64,000 nucleotides of DNA from Pseudomonadota bacterium (GTDB taxonomy: Bacteria; Bdellovibrionota; Bdellovibrionia; Bdellovibrionales; Bdellovibrionaceae): NCBI GenBank assembly GCA_041178425.1, contig JBEGVH010000014.1:64001-128000 (forward strand), written 5' to 3'. Made by a program: the position numbers and the translations under genes. The notes under the pieces were generated by a model that did not search any database, was not told where the DNA came from, and worked only from the letters and a program-made list of their open reading frames with translations. Positions 38,333 through 48,599 of the stretch are shown piece after piece. Every line of letters begins with the position of its first letter. The stretch's first letter is position 1.

Positions 38333-39112
38333 CTACCACCGACTAAAACGCCCTGGACGCAAGCTTCTCAAGGCCTGCCAATAAAAGAACCCTAAGCCAA
38401 AAACTGAAATTAACATGGCTCTTTCGATTGACACATTACAATAGCCTAAGAAGGAGTAGCGAAATCCTTCAATAAAGTAAAGAAGAGGATTCCACTGGGC
38501 CACCGCTCGCCAAAAAGGAGAGAGTTTTTCCAATGAAATGAAGACCCCTCCCAGATAAATGAGCGGTAGCAAAACAAAAGAGGAAAACGCGCTCAATTGA
38601 TCCATAGTTTTAGACCACAAAGCCATTGCAATTCCTATGTGACCAAAGGAAAGCCCCGCCACCAAACTGAAAAACAAAAATATTCCTGGATGAGCGAGCC
38701 CTAATAATTTACCGCTCTGCCAATACATAAACAGGCTTCCTACTAACCAAGTCACGAGCGCCACGATCATTCCCCTCACCCACGCCGCCAATGCCATCGC
38801 CCAAACGATGGTTTGATTTGAAAGGGGAACAACCCGGAGGTCTTCAAGATCACCAGTGAACTTCATATTAACAATGGAGCTCGATGAGTTTTGATAGGAA
38901 TTATTAATAAGCCCCATCATCATTAAACCCGGTATTAAGTAAGCTAAATAAGAAAGTTCGCCGTTGAGTTGAACGTGCTGTCCAAGAGTAACTCCAAAAA
39001 CCAGCAAATACAGAAACGAACTTATAAAGGGAGCAAATACGGTTTGCATGACCACTTTTAAAAAACGAGAAATTTCTCTTTGAAAGAGCGTCCAAAATTG
39101 AATCCAAGTCAT
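38333..39112 (-). CDS. ABC-2 type transporter permease (YadH-like)
   Basis: REISRF, PGLMMMG, YLGGVF and NPLLYFIEGFRY motifs. Confidence 0.92.
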   Translation of the reverse strand: MTWIQFWTLFQREISRFLKVVMQTVFAPFISSFLYLLVFGVTLGQHVQLNGELSYLAYLIPGLMMMGLINNSYQNSSSSIVNMKFTGDLEDLRVVPLSNQTIVWAMALAAWVRGMIVALVTWLVGSLFMYWQSGKLLGLAHPGIFLFFSLVAGLSFGHIGIAMALWSKTMDQLSAFSSFVLLPLIYLGGVFISLEKLSPFWRAVAQWNPLLYFIEGFRYSFLGYCNVSIERAMLISVFGLGFFYWQALRSLRPGRFSRW

Positions 39113-40011
39113 GTTCTTACACCCTTAAGGAGGAACTTCATGGCCTCTTCAAGACCACCTTCTTTTACCTGAAGGTCAACGATTTCAGCAGCGGTCACAC
39201 CCAGATCTTGTAAAATATCTCCAACTTGCATCTTAGCAGGAACCAAAAGTTTTAATTGATTTTGAGTTTGAGAAACAAGAAGTGGGTGCTCAAAAGAACG
39301 ATCTGAATTGGTGGTTAACACAATCTCTCGCCGACTCAAGTCAGTGATGATTTCGCGAGTCGGACGTAAACAACACAATTCGCCCTTATTTATGACCGCA
39401 ATCCTATCACAAAGGGTTTCTGCTTCTTGTAGATAATGAGTGGTCAAAAGAATGGTGAGACCTTCACGATGCATTTCACGAACAAAGTCCCAAAGACCCT
39501 CTCGCAACTCAATATCAACACCAGCGGTAGGTTCATCAAGCAATAAAAGCTTTGGTTTGTGAACAAGAGCTTTCGCAATCATCAATCTTCGCTTCATTCC
39601 GCCAGAAAGTTGTTTTACTTTTTTGTGACGATGATCCCATAAGCTGAGCTTGTTTAGAAGATAATCTATATGTTCTTGATTTTTGCGAACACCATAGTAC
39701 CCCGATTGAAATTGCAAGATTTCTTGCACCTCAAAAAAACCATGGGTCACAATTTCTTGGGGCACAACCCCAAGAAGTGGCTTTGTAAAATCAGATTGAG
39801 TAAGTACGTCATGGCCGAAAATTTTGGCCCCACCAGAACTGGGTTCTTCAAGCGTTGTAAGAATTGATATAAGAGACGTCTTCCCTGCCCCATTAGGCCC
39901 AAGCAATCCAAAGATTTCTCCCGCCTCGATCGAAAAGCTAAGATTGTTAATGGCGCAAGTAGTTCCATAGGTCTTAGTTAGTGCTGAAACTTCTAGAGCT
40001 TTAGTTGCCAC
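39109..40011 (-). CDS. ABC transporter ATP-binding protein (YadG-like)
   Basis: GPNGAGKT, LSGGMKRRLMIA and DEPTAGVDIELR motifs. Confidence 0.95.
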   Translation of the reverse strand: MATKALEVSALTKTYGTTCAINNLSFSIEAGEIFGLLGPNGAGKTSLISILTTLEEPSSGGAKIFGHDVLTQSDFTKPLLGVVPQEIVTHGFFEVQEILQFQSGYYGVRKNQEHIDYLLNKLSLWDHRHKKVKQLSGGMKRRLMIAKALVHKPKLLLLDEPTAGVDIELREGLWDFVREMHREGLTILLTTHYLQEAETLCDRIAVINKGELCCLRPTREIITDLSRREIVLTTNSDRSFEHPLLVSQTQNQLKLLVPAKMQVGDILQDLGVTAAEIVDLQVKEGGLEEAMKFLLKGVRT

Positions 40012-40019
40012 TGTTTAAA

Positions 40020-41624
40020 TTACCTCGCTCGACTGATCGATGTGTGAAATTCAACGTCTGGATTTTCTCTCCGTGCCCAGTTAAGATCCCACTCTTGATT
40101 GAGCAAAATAACTGGCTGATCAATGGAATCGCGATAGATGGTAAAACTACCCTTCAATTCATCCACCGGCTTGCCCTCTGCAGTGCGCGGCCAGCGAGCC
40201 ACAGTATAAGGCGCTCGATTGAGCCGAACTTCTAAGTTGTACTCTTCTTGCATGCGATGAACAAGAACCTCAAATTGTAGTTCGCCCACAACACCAATCA
40301 ATGGATCTTGTGGTCCAACATAGGGATCTATAAAAAGTTGAATGGCACCCTCTTCAGAAAGGTGCTTCAAAGCTTCTTGCATTTTTGATCGCTTAAGAGC
40401 ATCGCGCACTGACATCCGGGCAAAAAGCTCGGGTGCAAATTTTGGAATGTCCTCAAAGAGAACCTCTCCCGACAATGCCACCGAATCTCCAATTTGAAAA
40501 TTCCCCGTATCATTCACACCAACAATATCACCGGCATAAGCTTCATCGATTGTTGCGCGATCACCAGCAATAAATTGATTGGAGTATGCGAGGCGGAGCT
40601 CCCGGCCCAAACGCATGTGCTTTACCTTCATTCCTCGCTCAAATTTACCTGAACAAATTCGCAAAAAGGCAACTCGATCACGATGTCGCTTATCCATGTT
40701 GGCTTGGATTTTAAAAACAAATCCAGAAAAGTTTTGATCTAAAGGATCCATTTGCTTGCCATTACGAAGAGTGCGCGCCTGCGCCCCCGGAGCATACTTG
40801 CAGAAGAATTGTAGAAAGGTATCCACACCAAAGTTTTGCTTTGCACTTCCAAAAGTAACGGGACTGATCTTTCCCAGCAAAAACTCCTCAGGATGAAACT
40901 CTGGCAGAACTCCCTCGACTAGCTCAAGCTCTTCGCGGGCCTGAGCCAGAATTTCGGCATCGATGAGAGAATCTAGCTGGGTATCATTGATTCCTGTGGT
41001 CTGCAAAACCGTTACGTCACGATCATCCTCGCGACGTTGATCATAAAGAATAACCTCTTTATTCCATCGATTATAAATACCGCGAAAACGCTGACCGATT
41101 CCGATGGGCCAAGTCACTGGATGGCAACTCATTCCAAGAGTTGATTCGATTTCGTCGATGAGATCGAGGGGCGATTTTCCCTCACGGTCTAATTTATTTA
41201 CAAAGGTAAAAATAGGAATGTGTCGATAGCGACAAACATCGTAGAGTTTTCGGGTTCTCTCTTCGACCCCCTTGGCCACGTCTATCAACATCGTAGCACT
41301 ATCAACCGCCATTAACACTCTGTAAGTGTCTTCTGAGAAATCTTTGTGACCGGGAGTATCTAGAAGATTCACACAGAGATCTTCATACTTAAAGGTCATG
41401 ACGGAAGAAGTGATGGAAATCCCTTTTTGCTTTTCGAGTTCCATCCAATCGGAGGTGGCGGCCTTTGTGCCCGACTTACCCTTAACCTCACCAGCCTCGT
41501 GGATCACTCCGCCATGATAGAGCAGTTTCTCTGTTAGAGTCGTCTTTCCCGCATCAGGATGCGAAATAATCGCAAACGTACGGCGTTTCAATATCTCTTG
41601 GCGCTCCGGACCGGCATAAAGCAT
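40020..41624 (-). CDS. prfC: Peptide chain release factor 3
   Basis: RRTFAIISHPDAGKTTLTE, DTPGHKDFSEDTYR, NKLD and KIQANMD motifs. Confidence 0.99.
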   Translation of the reverse strand: MLYAGPERQEILKRRTFAIISHPDAGKTTLTEKLLYHGGVIHEAGEVKGKSGTKAATSDWMELEKQKGISITSSVMTFKYEDLCVNLLDTPGHKDFSEDTYRVLMAVDSATMLIDVAKGVEERTRKLYDVCRYRHIPIFTFVNKLDREGKSPLDLIDEIESTLGMSCHPVTWPIGIGQRFRGIYNRWNKEVILYDQRREDDRDVTVLQTTGINDTQLDSLIDAEILAQAREELELVEGVLPEFHPEEFLLGKISPVTFGSAKQNFGVDTFLQFFCKYAPGAQARTLRNGKQMDPLDQNFSGFVFKIQANMDKRHRDRVAFLRICSGKFERGMKVKHMRLGRELRLAYSNQFIAGDRATIDEAYAGDIVGVNDTGNFQIGDSVALSGEVLFEDIPKFAPELFARMSVRDALKRSKMQEALKHLSEEGAIQLFIDPYVGPQDPLIGVVGELQFEVLVHRMQEEYNLEVRLNRAPYTVARWPRTAEGKPVDELKGSFTIYRDSIDQPVILLNQEWDLNWARRENPDVEFHTSISRAR

Positions 41625-41775
41625 TCTACAAAACTCCTGAATTCGAAAGCTTCATAAATACTTGGTTCTGAGCACGAAATCTATCGAGAAGATCTTGGCT
41701 TTTGCCACACAGCGCATTTAGCCTTTTTAGGCGCAATCTACATTCTTGGAGCCTCTTTTAAGCTCCAAACGCCAA

Positions 41776-42390
41776 CTAATTAATTTCTAGCCAAATTTCA
41801 TTTCGCCGTAAAAACCAGAGTTGATAAGGGGAGTTATAGCGAGCAAAGGTTGGCTGGCCTATGGTTTTTAAACCATCGCGCTCCAAAGTTCGTTGCAGCA
41901 GGTTCAACTTTTCGTTGTATCTTTCTTCGGTCCATCGACCCGAATAGACAAGGACCGCCCTTTTTTTGGCTGGAATCTGTCGAATTTGAACGCTTGGATC
42001 TAGTGGTTCGGGAAGAGTCTCCATAGAGTAGCTTTTTGGCATCGTGAATTGAATTATAAAAGTGCCTTCTTTATCCCCGGAATTTATTTGTGTTACAGGA
42101 GCTGTCATTGCGATTTTTTCAGTCTCTGGCTCCTGGATCACTGGTGCGGTCATGTCGATTTTCTTTTTCGATTTGTTATTTCCAAAGATAAACGCAGCAA
42201 GGGTTCGAAAAGCAGTGTTCCCTGCTGAATCGAAATTTCCTTGAACTTCAACCTGAGCAACGAGAATAGGTTCGTATCTCCTCACTTCATAAACTTCATT
42301 TTTAGTAACTACTTCGAATGAAGGCTCCTCAATCGCCATGACCTCTCCTGAGTTGAATAATACTAATAAAAATAGAATCAAAAACTTCAT
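41776..42390 (-). CDS. SOUL heme-binding protein, secreted
   Basis: EEPSF, FRTLAAFIFGNN, IAMTAPV and RRNEI motifs. GGGGAG SD before ATG 42390. Confidence 0.95.
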   Translation of the reverse strand: MKFLILFLLVLFNSGEVMAIEEPSFEVVTKNEVYEVRRYEPILVAQVEVQGNFDSAGNTAFRTLAAFIFGNNKSKKKIDMTAPVIQEPETEKIAMTAPVTQINSGDKEGTFIIQFTMPKSYSMETLPEPLDPSVQIRQIPAKKRAVLVYSGRWTEERYNEKLNLLQRTLERDGLKTIGQPTFARYNSPYQLWFLRRNEIWLEIN

Positions 42391-42403
42391 AATGTACTCC
42401 CCA

Positions 42404-44275
42404 TTACCCAAGAACTGTTTCTAGCAGAATAAGGATGATCCCTATAATGGATCCCCCAGCAATGACCCCTGCGGCCGTTGTCTCTTGATTTTCCACCATA
42501 GCTTTATAGCCAAGACTCGTCTTGTCTGTGCATTTTTTGCCAGCAAGCCAGAAGACCAATGTTCCCAGCGACATAGAAAGTGCGTCGGTAAAGCGCAATA
42601 CAAAGCCTAATCCAAGGCCAACGCCCGAAACAGGAAAACGTCCGTGAGTTTTTTGACTGAGAACTTCGAGAACAATTCCCAAGATCGCACCAACGAGGGC
42701 GCCAAACTGAGCCGTCGGATGCAAGGTGCTCAAACCATTAGTCAGAGCCTCGGCCACCCCTTTCCATATCATCGCGCCAGGCAATGGCATTTTGTCGGAG
42801 GTAAAAAGAGAGATATCTCCCTTGAAAATCATGTAAAACACAGGAACAGCAACCAGAGACCCGGCAATCACTCCTAGAACGTGACCTACCGCCTGGTGCC
42901 TTGGTTTTCCACCAAGCATGTAGGCAGGCTTTACATCCATCAAAAGATTACTAGCGTTGAGGCTCACATCAGATGTTATTCCGGCTGTCATTAAATTCGT
43001 CGTCACATTACCGGGGGCCAAAAGGCTGTAGGTAATTTGAGTTAATTTACCCAGAGCTCCACCGGGAGTGATCGCCGTTAGGCCCGTGGATGTGACAGCA
43101 ATGAGTGTGAATAGAAAAACCAATGGGATCGCTAAAATTGCCAACCACCAATGGATACCAAACCAAGCGCTCGCCATATAGACCGTCACTGCACCAACGA
43201 GAGGAATCCCAACCACAAAAAGCCACATTGGGAGTTCAATGTCTTCGAGGATGTCTTTCTTTTTTGGCCCCTTCGAAAAAACTTTCGAAAAGGCCTCAAC
43301 AATAATCTGCGGTTTTGAGAAGAAAGAATAGAGGGAGGCCGTTGTCATCATGGAAGCTCCACACCATAAAGACCACATCGTAATCGCCTTAAACTTAGCT
43401 TCTGGAATAATCCCATGGCTGATTAAGAATGGGGCTAAAATAAAATAATTCACAAAGGCGCCCAGCAAAATCGACATCGATGTTTTCATGTTCATCAATC
43501 CACCAGTGCCTGCCATTACAATCGAGGAGTCCCACTGAATAGTTAGATTTTTGAGCGGAATATCCATCAGTTTTGGAGTAACAAACTTATAAACAATATC
43601 ATCCCAATACTGAGGAAGTGTTAAAAACTTAAGTTTAAGAGTGCCCATGAAAGACTCACTTCGCATCATCTCTATTAATGCAGATAATCCGGCTCCGCCC
43701 AAAAGTAGTTTAGCCTTAAATGTGCCTTCGGCCCCCTGATCACTATGAAGGCTATCCAACACAACCCCTGCCGCGTACCCCTCAGGAAAAGGCAATTGCT
43801 CATCATTGATGAATCGTTTTTTCAGAGGAAAAGCAAAAAGAACTCCAAGAACAGCGAGAGAAATAATCCAAGGAATGACATGCCACATAGGTATCACCTG
43901 ATTTGTGACCATCATGTACGCTGGAATCGAGGCGCACAGAGGTGCTGTCATATATCCCGCACTGGTAGCGATCGACTGCATGGCGTTGTTTTCGAGAATA
44001 GACATCTCAGAGCCAATCTTAAGCCGTGAGAGAATTCGAAAAATCCCATAAGAAATCACAACCGATGAAATTCCAACTCCGAGAGTCCACCCCGTTTTAA
44101 TCCCGATATAAAGATTCGTCATACTGAGCACACAGCCAAGAAGCATTCCTGTGATCGCCGACCGAAAGTTTAATTGAGGCATATCACCCTTATAAACATT
44201 CTCCAGCCACCAACGATCTTTCTCTTCTAAGGTCATTGTTCGAATTTGCTCTGGCGTTAGTTCTTTGATGGCCAT
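42404..44275 (-). CDS. OPT family oligopeptide transporter (YSL-like)
   Basis: NLYIGIKTGW, LENNAMQSIATSAG and QLPFPEG motifs. GGAGG SD before ATG 44275. Confidence 0.95.
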   Translation of the reverse strand: MAIKELTPEQIRTMTLEEKDRWWLENVYKGDMPQLNFRSAITGMLLGCVLSMTNLYIGIKTGWTLGVGISSVVISYGIFRILSRLKIGSEMSILENNAMQSIATSAGYMTAPLCASIPAYMMVTNQVIPMWHVIPWIISLAVLGVLFAFPLKKRFINDEQLPFPEGYAAGVVLDSLHSDQGAEGTFKAKLLLGGAGLSALIEMMRSESFMGTLKLKFLTLPQYWDDIVYKFVTPKLMDIPLKNLTIQWDSSIVMAGTGGLMNMKTSMSILLGAFVNYFILAPFLISHGIIPEAKFKAITMWSLWCGASMMTTASLYSFFSKPQIIVEAFSKVFSKGPKKKDILEDIELPMWLFVVGIPLVGAVTVYMASAWFGIHWWLAILAIPLVFLFTLIAVTSTGLTAITPGGALGKLTQITYSLLAPGNVTTNLMTAGITSDVSLNASNLLMDVKPAYMLGGKPRHQAVGHVLGVIAGSLVAVPVFYMIFKGDISLFTSDKMPLPGAMIWKGVAEALTNGLSTLHPTAQFGALVGAILGIVLEVLSQKTHGRFPVSGVGLGLGFVLRFTDALSMSLGTLVFWLAGKKCTDKTSLGYKAMVENQETTAAGVIAGGSIIGIILILLETVLG

Positions 44276-44487
44276 TAATCCTCCCGAGATCCGCATTCAT
44301 TCAAGGTTTCTTACGTCGGCAAGTATGTACAAAACCCTATTAACTTGTCTACAGATTGATCGGGTATTTTTAAATGGAAGCACGAGGGTCATAAACCTCA
44401 TGGCCAAATAATCCTATCAAAAAGTACCTCATTAAATCTTGAATTTAAAGTTGAGTCCTTAAACGACTTGGCTTAGGGTCTTAGGTC

Positions 44488-45735
44488 ATGAAATCACATT
44501 ATAAACTAATCATCAGTCTTTTCCTTGGTGCGATCTTTGGCCTTCTCCTCCATCCAGCCTACGAATCTCCTTTTGCCCAGGGACTTAATAATTATTTTTT
44601 TGAACCAATGGGCCAAATCTTCCTCAGAAGTATTTTTATGATCGTGGTTCCAATGGTGGTGAGCGGTTTGATTGTGGGCGTTTACCAGCTCACCTCCCAC
44701 CATGGCCTTGCAAAGGTCGCGCGTCGCACTCTCTTCTACACCCTGATTGCAAGTTCGGCCTCTGTGATTATTGGGGTGGTTTTCGTGAACAGCTTGCGGC
44801 CCGGCGATGGACTAAATTTACCGACACTCTCCTCTACTGCCTCGGCCAATATCGAAAAAATACAAAAAAATGTCTCTGATTCAAAACCGGCTATTCAGGC
44901 TCTCATTGAGATAATTCCCAAAAACCCCCTCGAAGCTGCCACAAAAGCATTTGATGGCGAGATGCTAGCGCTTATGTTCTTTTCTTTAATCTTTGGAGTC
45001 GCACTCTGCAAGCAAGGCCCCGCAGATCAAACTCCCCGCTGGGTCGATCTTTTCGAGGAATGTTACTCCACCTGTATGAAGATTGTCGAATGGGTCATGA
45101 AACTCGCCCCATACGCCGTCTTTGCCCTTGTTTTTCAATCTACTTTTAAATTTGGAATTCAAATTTTACTTTCACTTGGTTTTTATGTTTTTGTGGTCGT
45201 CGCGGCTTTGCTCGCACAACAACTTGTTGTGTATTCGCTTCTATTAAAATCATTCACCAATTGGTCACCACTCACTTTTTTTAAAGAATGTCGTGAAGTT
45301 TATCTCTATGCTTTTGCCACGGCATCTTCCAATGCCACACTTCCAAGATCACTCGAAGTGGCAGAGCATCGCCTGAAGCTAACTCCAGAGATTTCGCGTT
45401 TTGTATTAACTATTGGAAGCACAGCTAACCAGAATGGAACAGCCCTCTTTGAAGGGATCACAGTTCTTTTTCTTGCACAGGTTTATGGAATTCAACTTGA
45501 TTTAGCCCAACAAGTGAAAGTCGTACTGATGTCGATATTGGCGGGAATTGGGACCGCTGGCGTACCCGGCGGATCTTTGCCATTAATAATGATCCTCATT
45601 CAACAAATGGGAATCCCTGCTGAAGGAATGGGACTTATCATGGGTGTCGATCGATTTCTTGATATGTGCCGAACAACCCTCAATGTTAGCGGTGACTTAG
45701 TTATTGCCGCACTCGTCGACGAAAAGAAAGCATAA
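44488..45735 (+). CDS. Dicarboxylate/amino acid:cation symporter (DAACS, GltP-like)
   Basis: AFATASSNATLP, NQNGTALFE, GTAGVPG and DRFLDMCRT motifs. Confidence 0.96.
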   Translation: MKSHYKLIISLFLGAIFGLLLHPAYESPFAQGLNNYFFEPMGQIFLRSIFMIVVPMVVSGLIVGVYQLTSHHGLAKVARRTLFYTLIASSASVIIGVVFVNSLRPGDGLNLPTLSSTASANIEKIQKNVSDSKPAIQALIEIIPKNPLEAATKAFDGEMLALMFFSLIFGVALCKQGPADQTPRWVDLFEECYSTCMKIVEWVMKLAPYAVFALVFQSTFKFGIQILLSLGFYVFVVVAALLAQQLVVYSLLLKSFTNWSPLTFFKECREVYLYAFATASSNATLPRSLEVAEHRLKLTPEISRFVLTIGSTANQNGTALFEGITVLFLAQVYGIQLDLAQQVKVVLMSILAGIGTAGVPGGSLPLIMILIQQMGIPAEGMGLIMGVDRFLDMCRTTLNVSGDLVIAALVDEKKA

Positions 45736-45744
45736 GGAGCCAAC

Positions 45745-46968
45745 ATGAATTTGATCATCACCACGGTACTTTTAATTACGAGCTCTGTAGCCACCGCTAA
45801 AGCACCGCCTCACCTGGATATCGAAATGAGCGGGTACGAGTACGAAAAACTCATTGCCTGGGACCAACTCGAATTAGAGAACCAGGGTAGAAAACATGCT
45901 TTTGACGATATTTTTGTTACTGGCAAACGCAACCTAGATTGGATTCGACTGCTTAACCAAAATCGAATCGACAAAATTTCGCTCAGCACTCCAGAATCGC
46001 AACAGGGTTTCCCAATCAATAATCCCCGTGTTTATAATCCAGAAATTATCCGAGCATCTTATAACGATCTGAAAGAAAAAATGCCCGAATCACTTCGCAC
46101 CATTATTTTCAGCTCAACTCCCTTGCCACCGCAGCTTCCGAGCTCCCTTGAGGAATACATAACATGGGGTCTTGAAGTGGATCGCGTTTATCAGATTGCA
46201 GCAAGATGGAGAACCCTTGAACCCTATCGTGAACATTTACTCATGAATGGCGTGAAAGACATTCGAGGCTATCATTTTATTACTTCAAATACTGATTTGA
46301 TGTCCCGCCTCAAAAACTGGAACTCACTGGCCACCGAAGAGAAACCTCTCGTTACCCAATGGCTCAATCAGGTTTGCTCCAATCACCTGCGCGATACAAA
46401 CCAATGCAGCACCCTCACTCAAAGGGCTATTCAAAAAAATCAGGCCCTTTCCTTTTTTGAAAGTCATCGGGCTGGAAGCGAAGAAATTATCTCCGAAATG
46501 ATGCATATTCCTGACGATGGCAAATTTGGATCAGTCAAATGGGAAACACAGAATGAAGTAAAAGTGCCTTTTAAAGACCCCATCGATTTGAATATGCGCT
46601 CCTATTTGCTCAACAACATCGAACAGGAATGGAATTACTCCCCCTTTTCGCTCAAAATTAATTGGGTTCCCCAAAATGCCTATGGAGTAGAGGTCATTTG
46701 GAGCCCTGGTGTCACTCCGCATGTTCCCGGACTTGGATCCCATCAAATTTATATGGATGCAAACGCACCAATTTCTGAATATGACGTTCAGTGGACCATT
46801 CGACATGAATTTGGCCATGTATTGGGGTTTCCTGATTGCTACTTGGAATTTTACGATCCATCGCTGAGTGCCATCGTTGCTTACCAGCTCGATACCAGCG
46901 ATCTCATGTGTTCACGCCGCGGCCATTTGAAAGAGCGTCACGTAGAAGAAATAAGAAAGACCTACTAA
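45745..46968 (+). CDS. Secreted zinc metallopeptidase (metzincin-like, HExxHxxGxxD)
   Basis: HEFGHVLGFPDCY followed by a Met-turn (DLMC); signal peptide. Confidence 0.8.
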   Translation: MNLIITTVLLITSSVATAKAPPHLDIEMSGYEYEKLIAWDQLELENQGRKHAFDDIFVTGKRNLDWIRLLNQNRIDKISLSTPESQQGFPINNPRVYNPEIIRASYNDLKEKMPESLRTIIFSSTPLPPQLPSSLEEYITWGLEVDRVYQIAARWRTLEPYREHLLMNGVKDIRGYHFITSNTDLMSRLKNWNSLATEEKPLVTQWLNQVCSNHLRDTNQCSTLTQRAIQKNQALSFFESHRAGSEEIISEMMHIPDDGKFGSVKWETQNEVKVPFKDPIDLNMRSYLLNNIEQEWNYSPFSLKINWVPQNAYGVEVIWSPGVTPHVPGLGSHQIYMDANAPISEYDVQWTIRHEFGHVLGFPDCYLEFYDPSLSAIVAYQLDTSDLMCSRRGHLKERHVEEIRKTY

Positions 46969-47157
46969 GCAACTGGGGGGCCATTTAATTGTTTTAAAAG
47001 TGACAATTTCGGGCCTTTAGTTTCATAAATCGACACTCCATCACACCAAGGTCAAATAAAATTGATTTAAGAAGTGGAATGGGTTGTGCACCCTCCGCCC
47101 CTATTTGCCAGTCAACAAAATTGATTTTCGTGGCAAGGACCGACTAAGGAGCGTTGT

Positions 47158-48477
47158 GTGAAAAACCTTTGGAACTTAAAATTCTTTAACAATACCCTCT
47201 TAATGGTGTGCCTCAGCCTGACGGCCTTTGCTGATGGGGGCGGCAATAACCACATTCAACAGGAACTCAGAAATAAAACAGAAGGCCAAATTCTCGACCT
47301 CATCCGCTCTCACTTAGACACAATGAGCATGAGCGCAGATTATCGGTTCCAGAGGGACGCAGCAGTTATTGCTATAGGTTGCAATACAATCCCATCTGTT
47401 TTCTATAAGCAAAAGGCCAAATGTTTTAGAGATCATTTAAAACAAATTAAAGACCTCACCGGCAACCGCTCCAACGAGTTACGTTTTGGAAATCTCGTTG
47501 ATTCGGTCTGTTCTGCCGTACAAAGCACTCTCACCACCAACGAGAGGCACAATAGAATTAACCCATGGATCCTCACCTACTCCAATTGCATGAGCAAGCT
47601 TGTCACTGCCCTTGGAGAAAAGAACCCTCTGACCCCTATCTTTGGCTCATGTGAACGCTCCGGTTCTATGCAAGACTATGTGGAAAAACCAAATTGCTAC
47701 CACGAGAAGGTTCCTCGCGTGGAGGATTCCCTCGAGTATCTTCCAAAAACCAATAGCGCTTCGGTTCAACTCAGCGACATGAACGGCCTTTTTCTGGACT
47801 CCGTTGTTTCAACGACACCCCTCTTACCGCCACGATCGGCGCTCGATATTCAAAAAGTTGACTCCCTCTATGCCTCCTGCACCTCGCTCAACACGAACGA
47901 TCTGCCGGCTGGAGAGAAAGGACGTGTCGCTCCCAATATGGATACCTATTCGATCTTTCGCGAAATCAATTGTTTTCGAGATGGCCTATTTGCGATCGCC
48001 TATGGAGCAACAGTTCCAGGAACCATTATGGCCGCTTGCCGCGAACGAATACCAGGGGTTGAAGTTCTCAGAACCAAATGGCGTGATATCAATCCCTCTC
48101 TCAAAGAGACCGATTGGAACTTGATCGAAACACGCGACTTTAAAACTATTTGTCTTCGAAATGGTGTGTTAAATTCGGGTGATAAAAACTACGAATCTAT
48201 CGCCGAAGATTCAGGTCGCTATCTCTTTGAAGGAGCTGTGAACTTGTTTGGTGGATGGATTTGGGACTCCTCTGTTTATGAAGACGAACTTGCGCTCTAT
48301 AATGAACAAAAACTTATAACTCGTAGTGAAGAGGAGCGTAAGAGCCAAAAGCTCATTTCGAATCTGAATGAACTATCGGCTGATGATCTTTCAGTTTTAG
48401 CTGCCGCAGCGAAAAAGGCACGAGATATCAAACTCAACAATCAGAATACTCAAACACCCTCCGAACCGATGCCCTAA
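47158..48477 (+). CDS. Secreted hypothetical protein with five Cys-pair repeats
   Basis: GTG start with AAGGAG SD, signal peptide ending AFA-D, downstream terminator. Confidence 0.7.
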   Translation: MKNLWNLKFFNNTLLMVCLSLTAFADGGGNNHIQQELRNKTEGQILDLIRSHLDTMSMSADYRFQRDAAVIAIGCNTIPSVFYKQKAKCFRDHLKQIKDLTGNRSNELRFGNLVDSVCSAVQSTLTTNERHNRINPWILTYSNCMSKLVTALGEKNPLTPIFGSCERSGSMQDYVEKPNCYHEKVPRVEDSLEYLPKTNSASVQLSDMNGLFLDSVVSTTPLLPPRSALDIQKVDSLYASCTSLNTNDLPAGEKGRVAPNMDTYSIFREINCFRDGLFAIAYGATVPGTIMAACRERIPGVEVLRTKWRDINPSLKETDWNLIETRDFKTICLRNGVLNSGDKNYESIAEDSGRYLFEGAVNLFGGWIWDSSVYEDELALYNEQKLITRSEEERKSQKLISNLNELSADDLSVLAAAAKKARDIKLNNQNTQTPSEPMP

Positions 48478-48507
48478 ACTCATTTTTCAACCAAAGAGCT
48501 AAAACCC

Positions 48508-48539
48508 AGAGGGCTGCCACATCTGCCCTCTTTTTTTTT
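48508..48539 (+). terminator. Intrinsic terminator
   Basis: AGAGGGC-N10-GCCCTCT followed by 8 T. Confidence 0.8.
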
Positions 48540-48599
48540 GAAGGTTAGACAAGAGCCACTAACTTGATTATGTTAAATCAACGTACAAATTAGGGGGCG

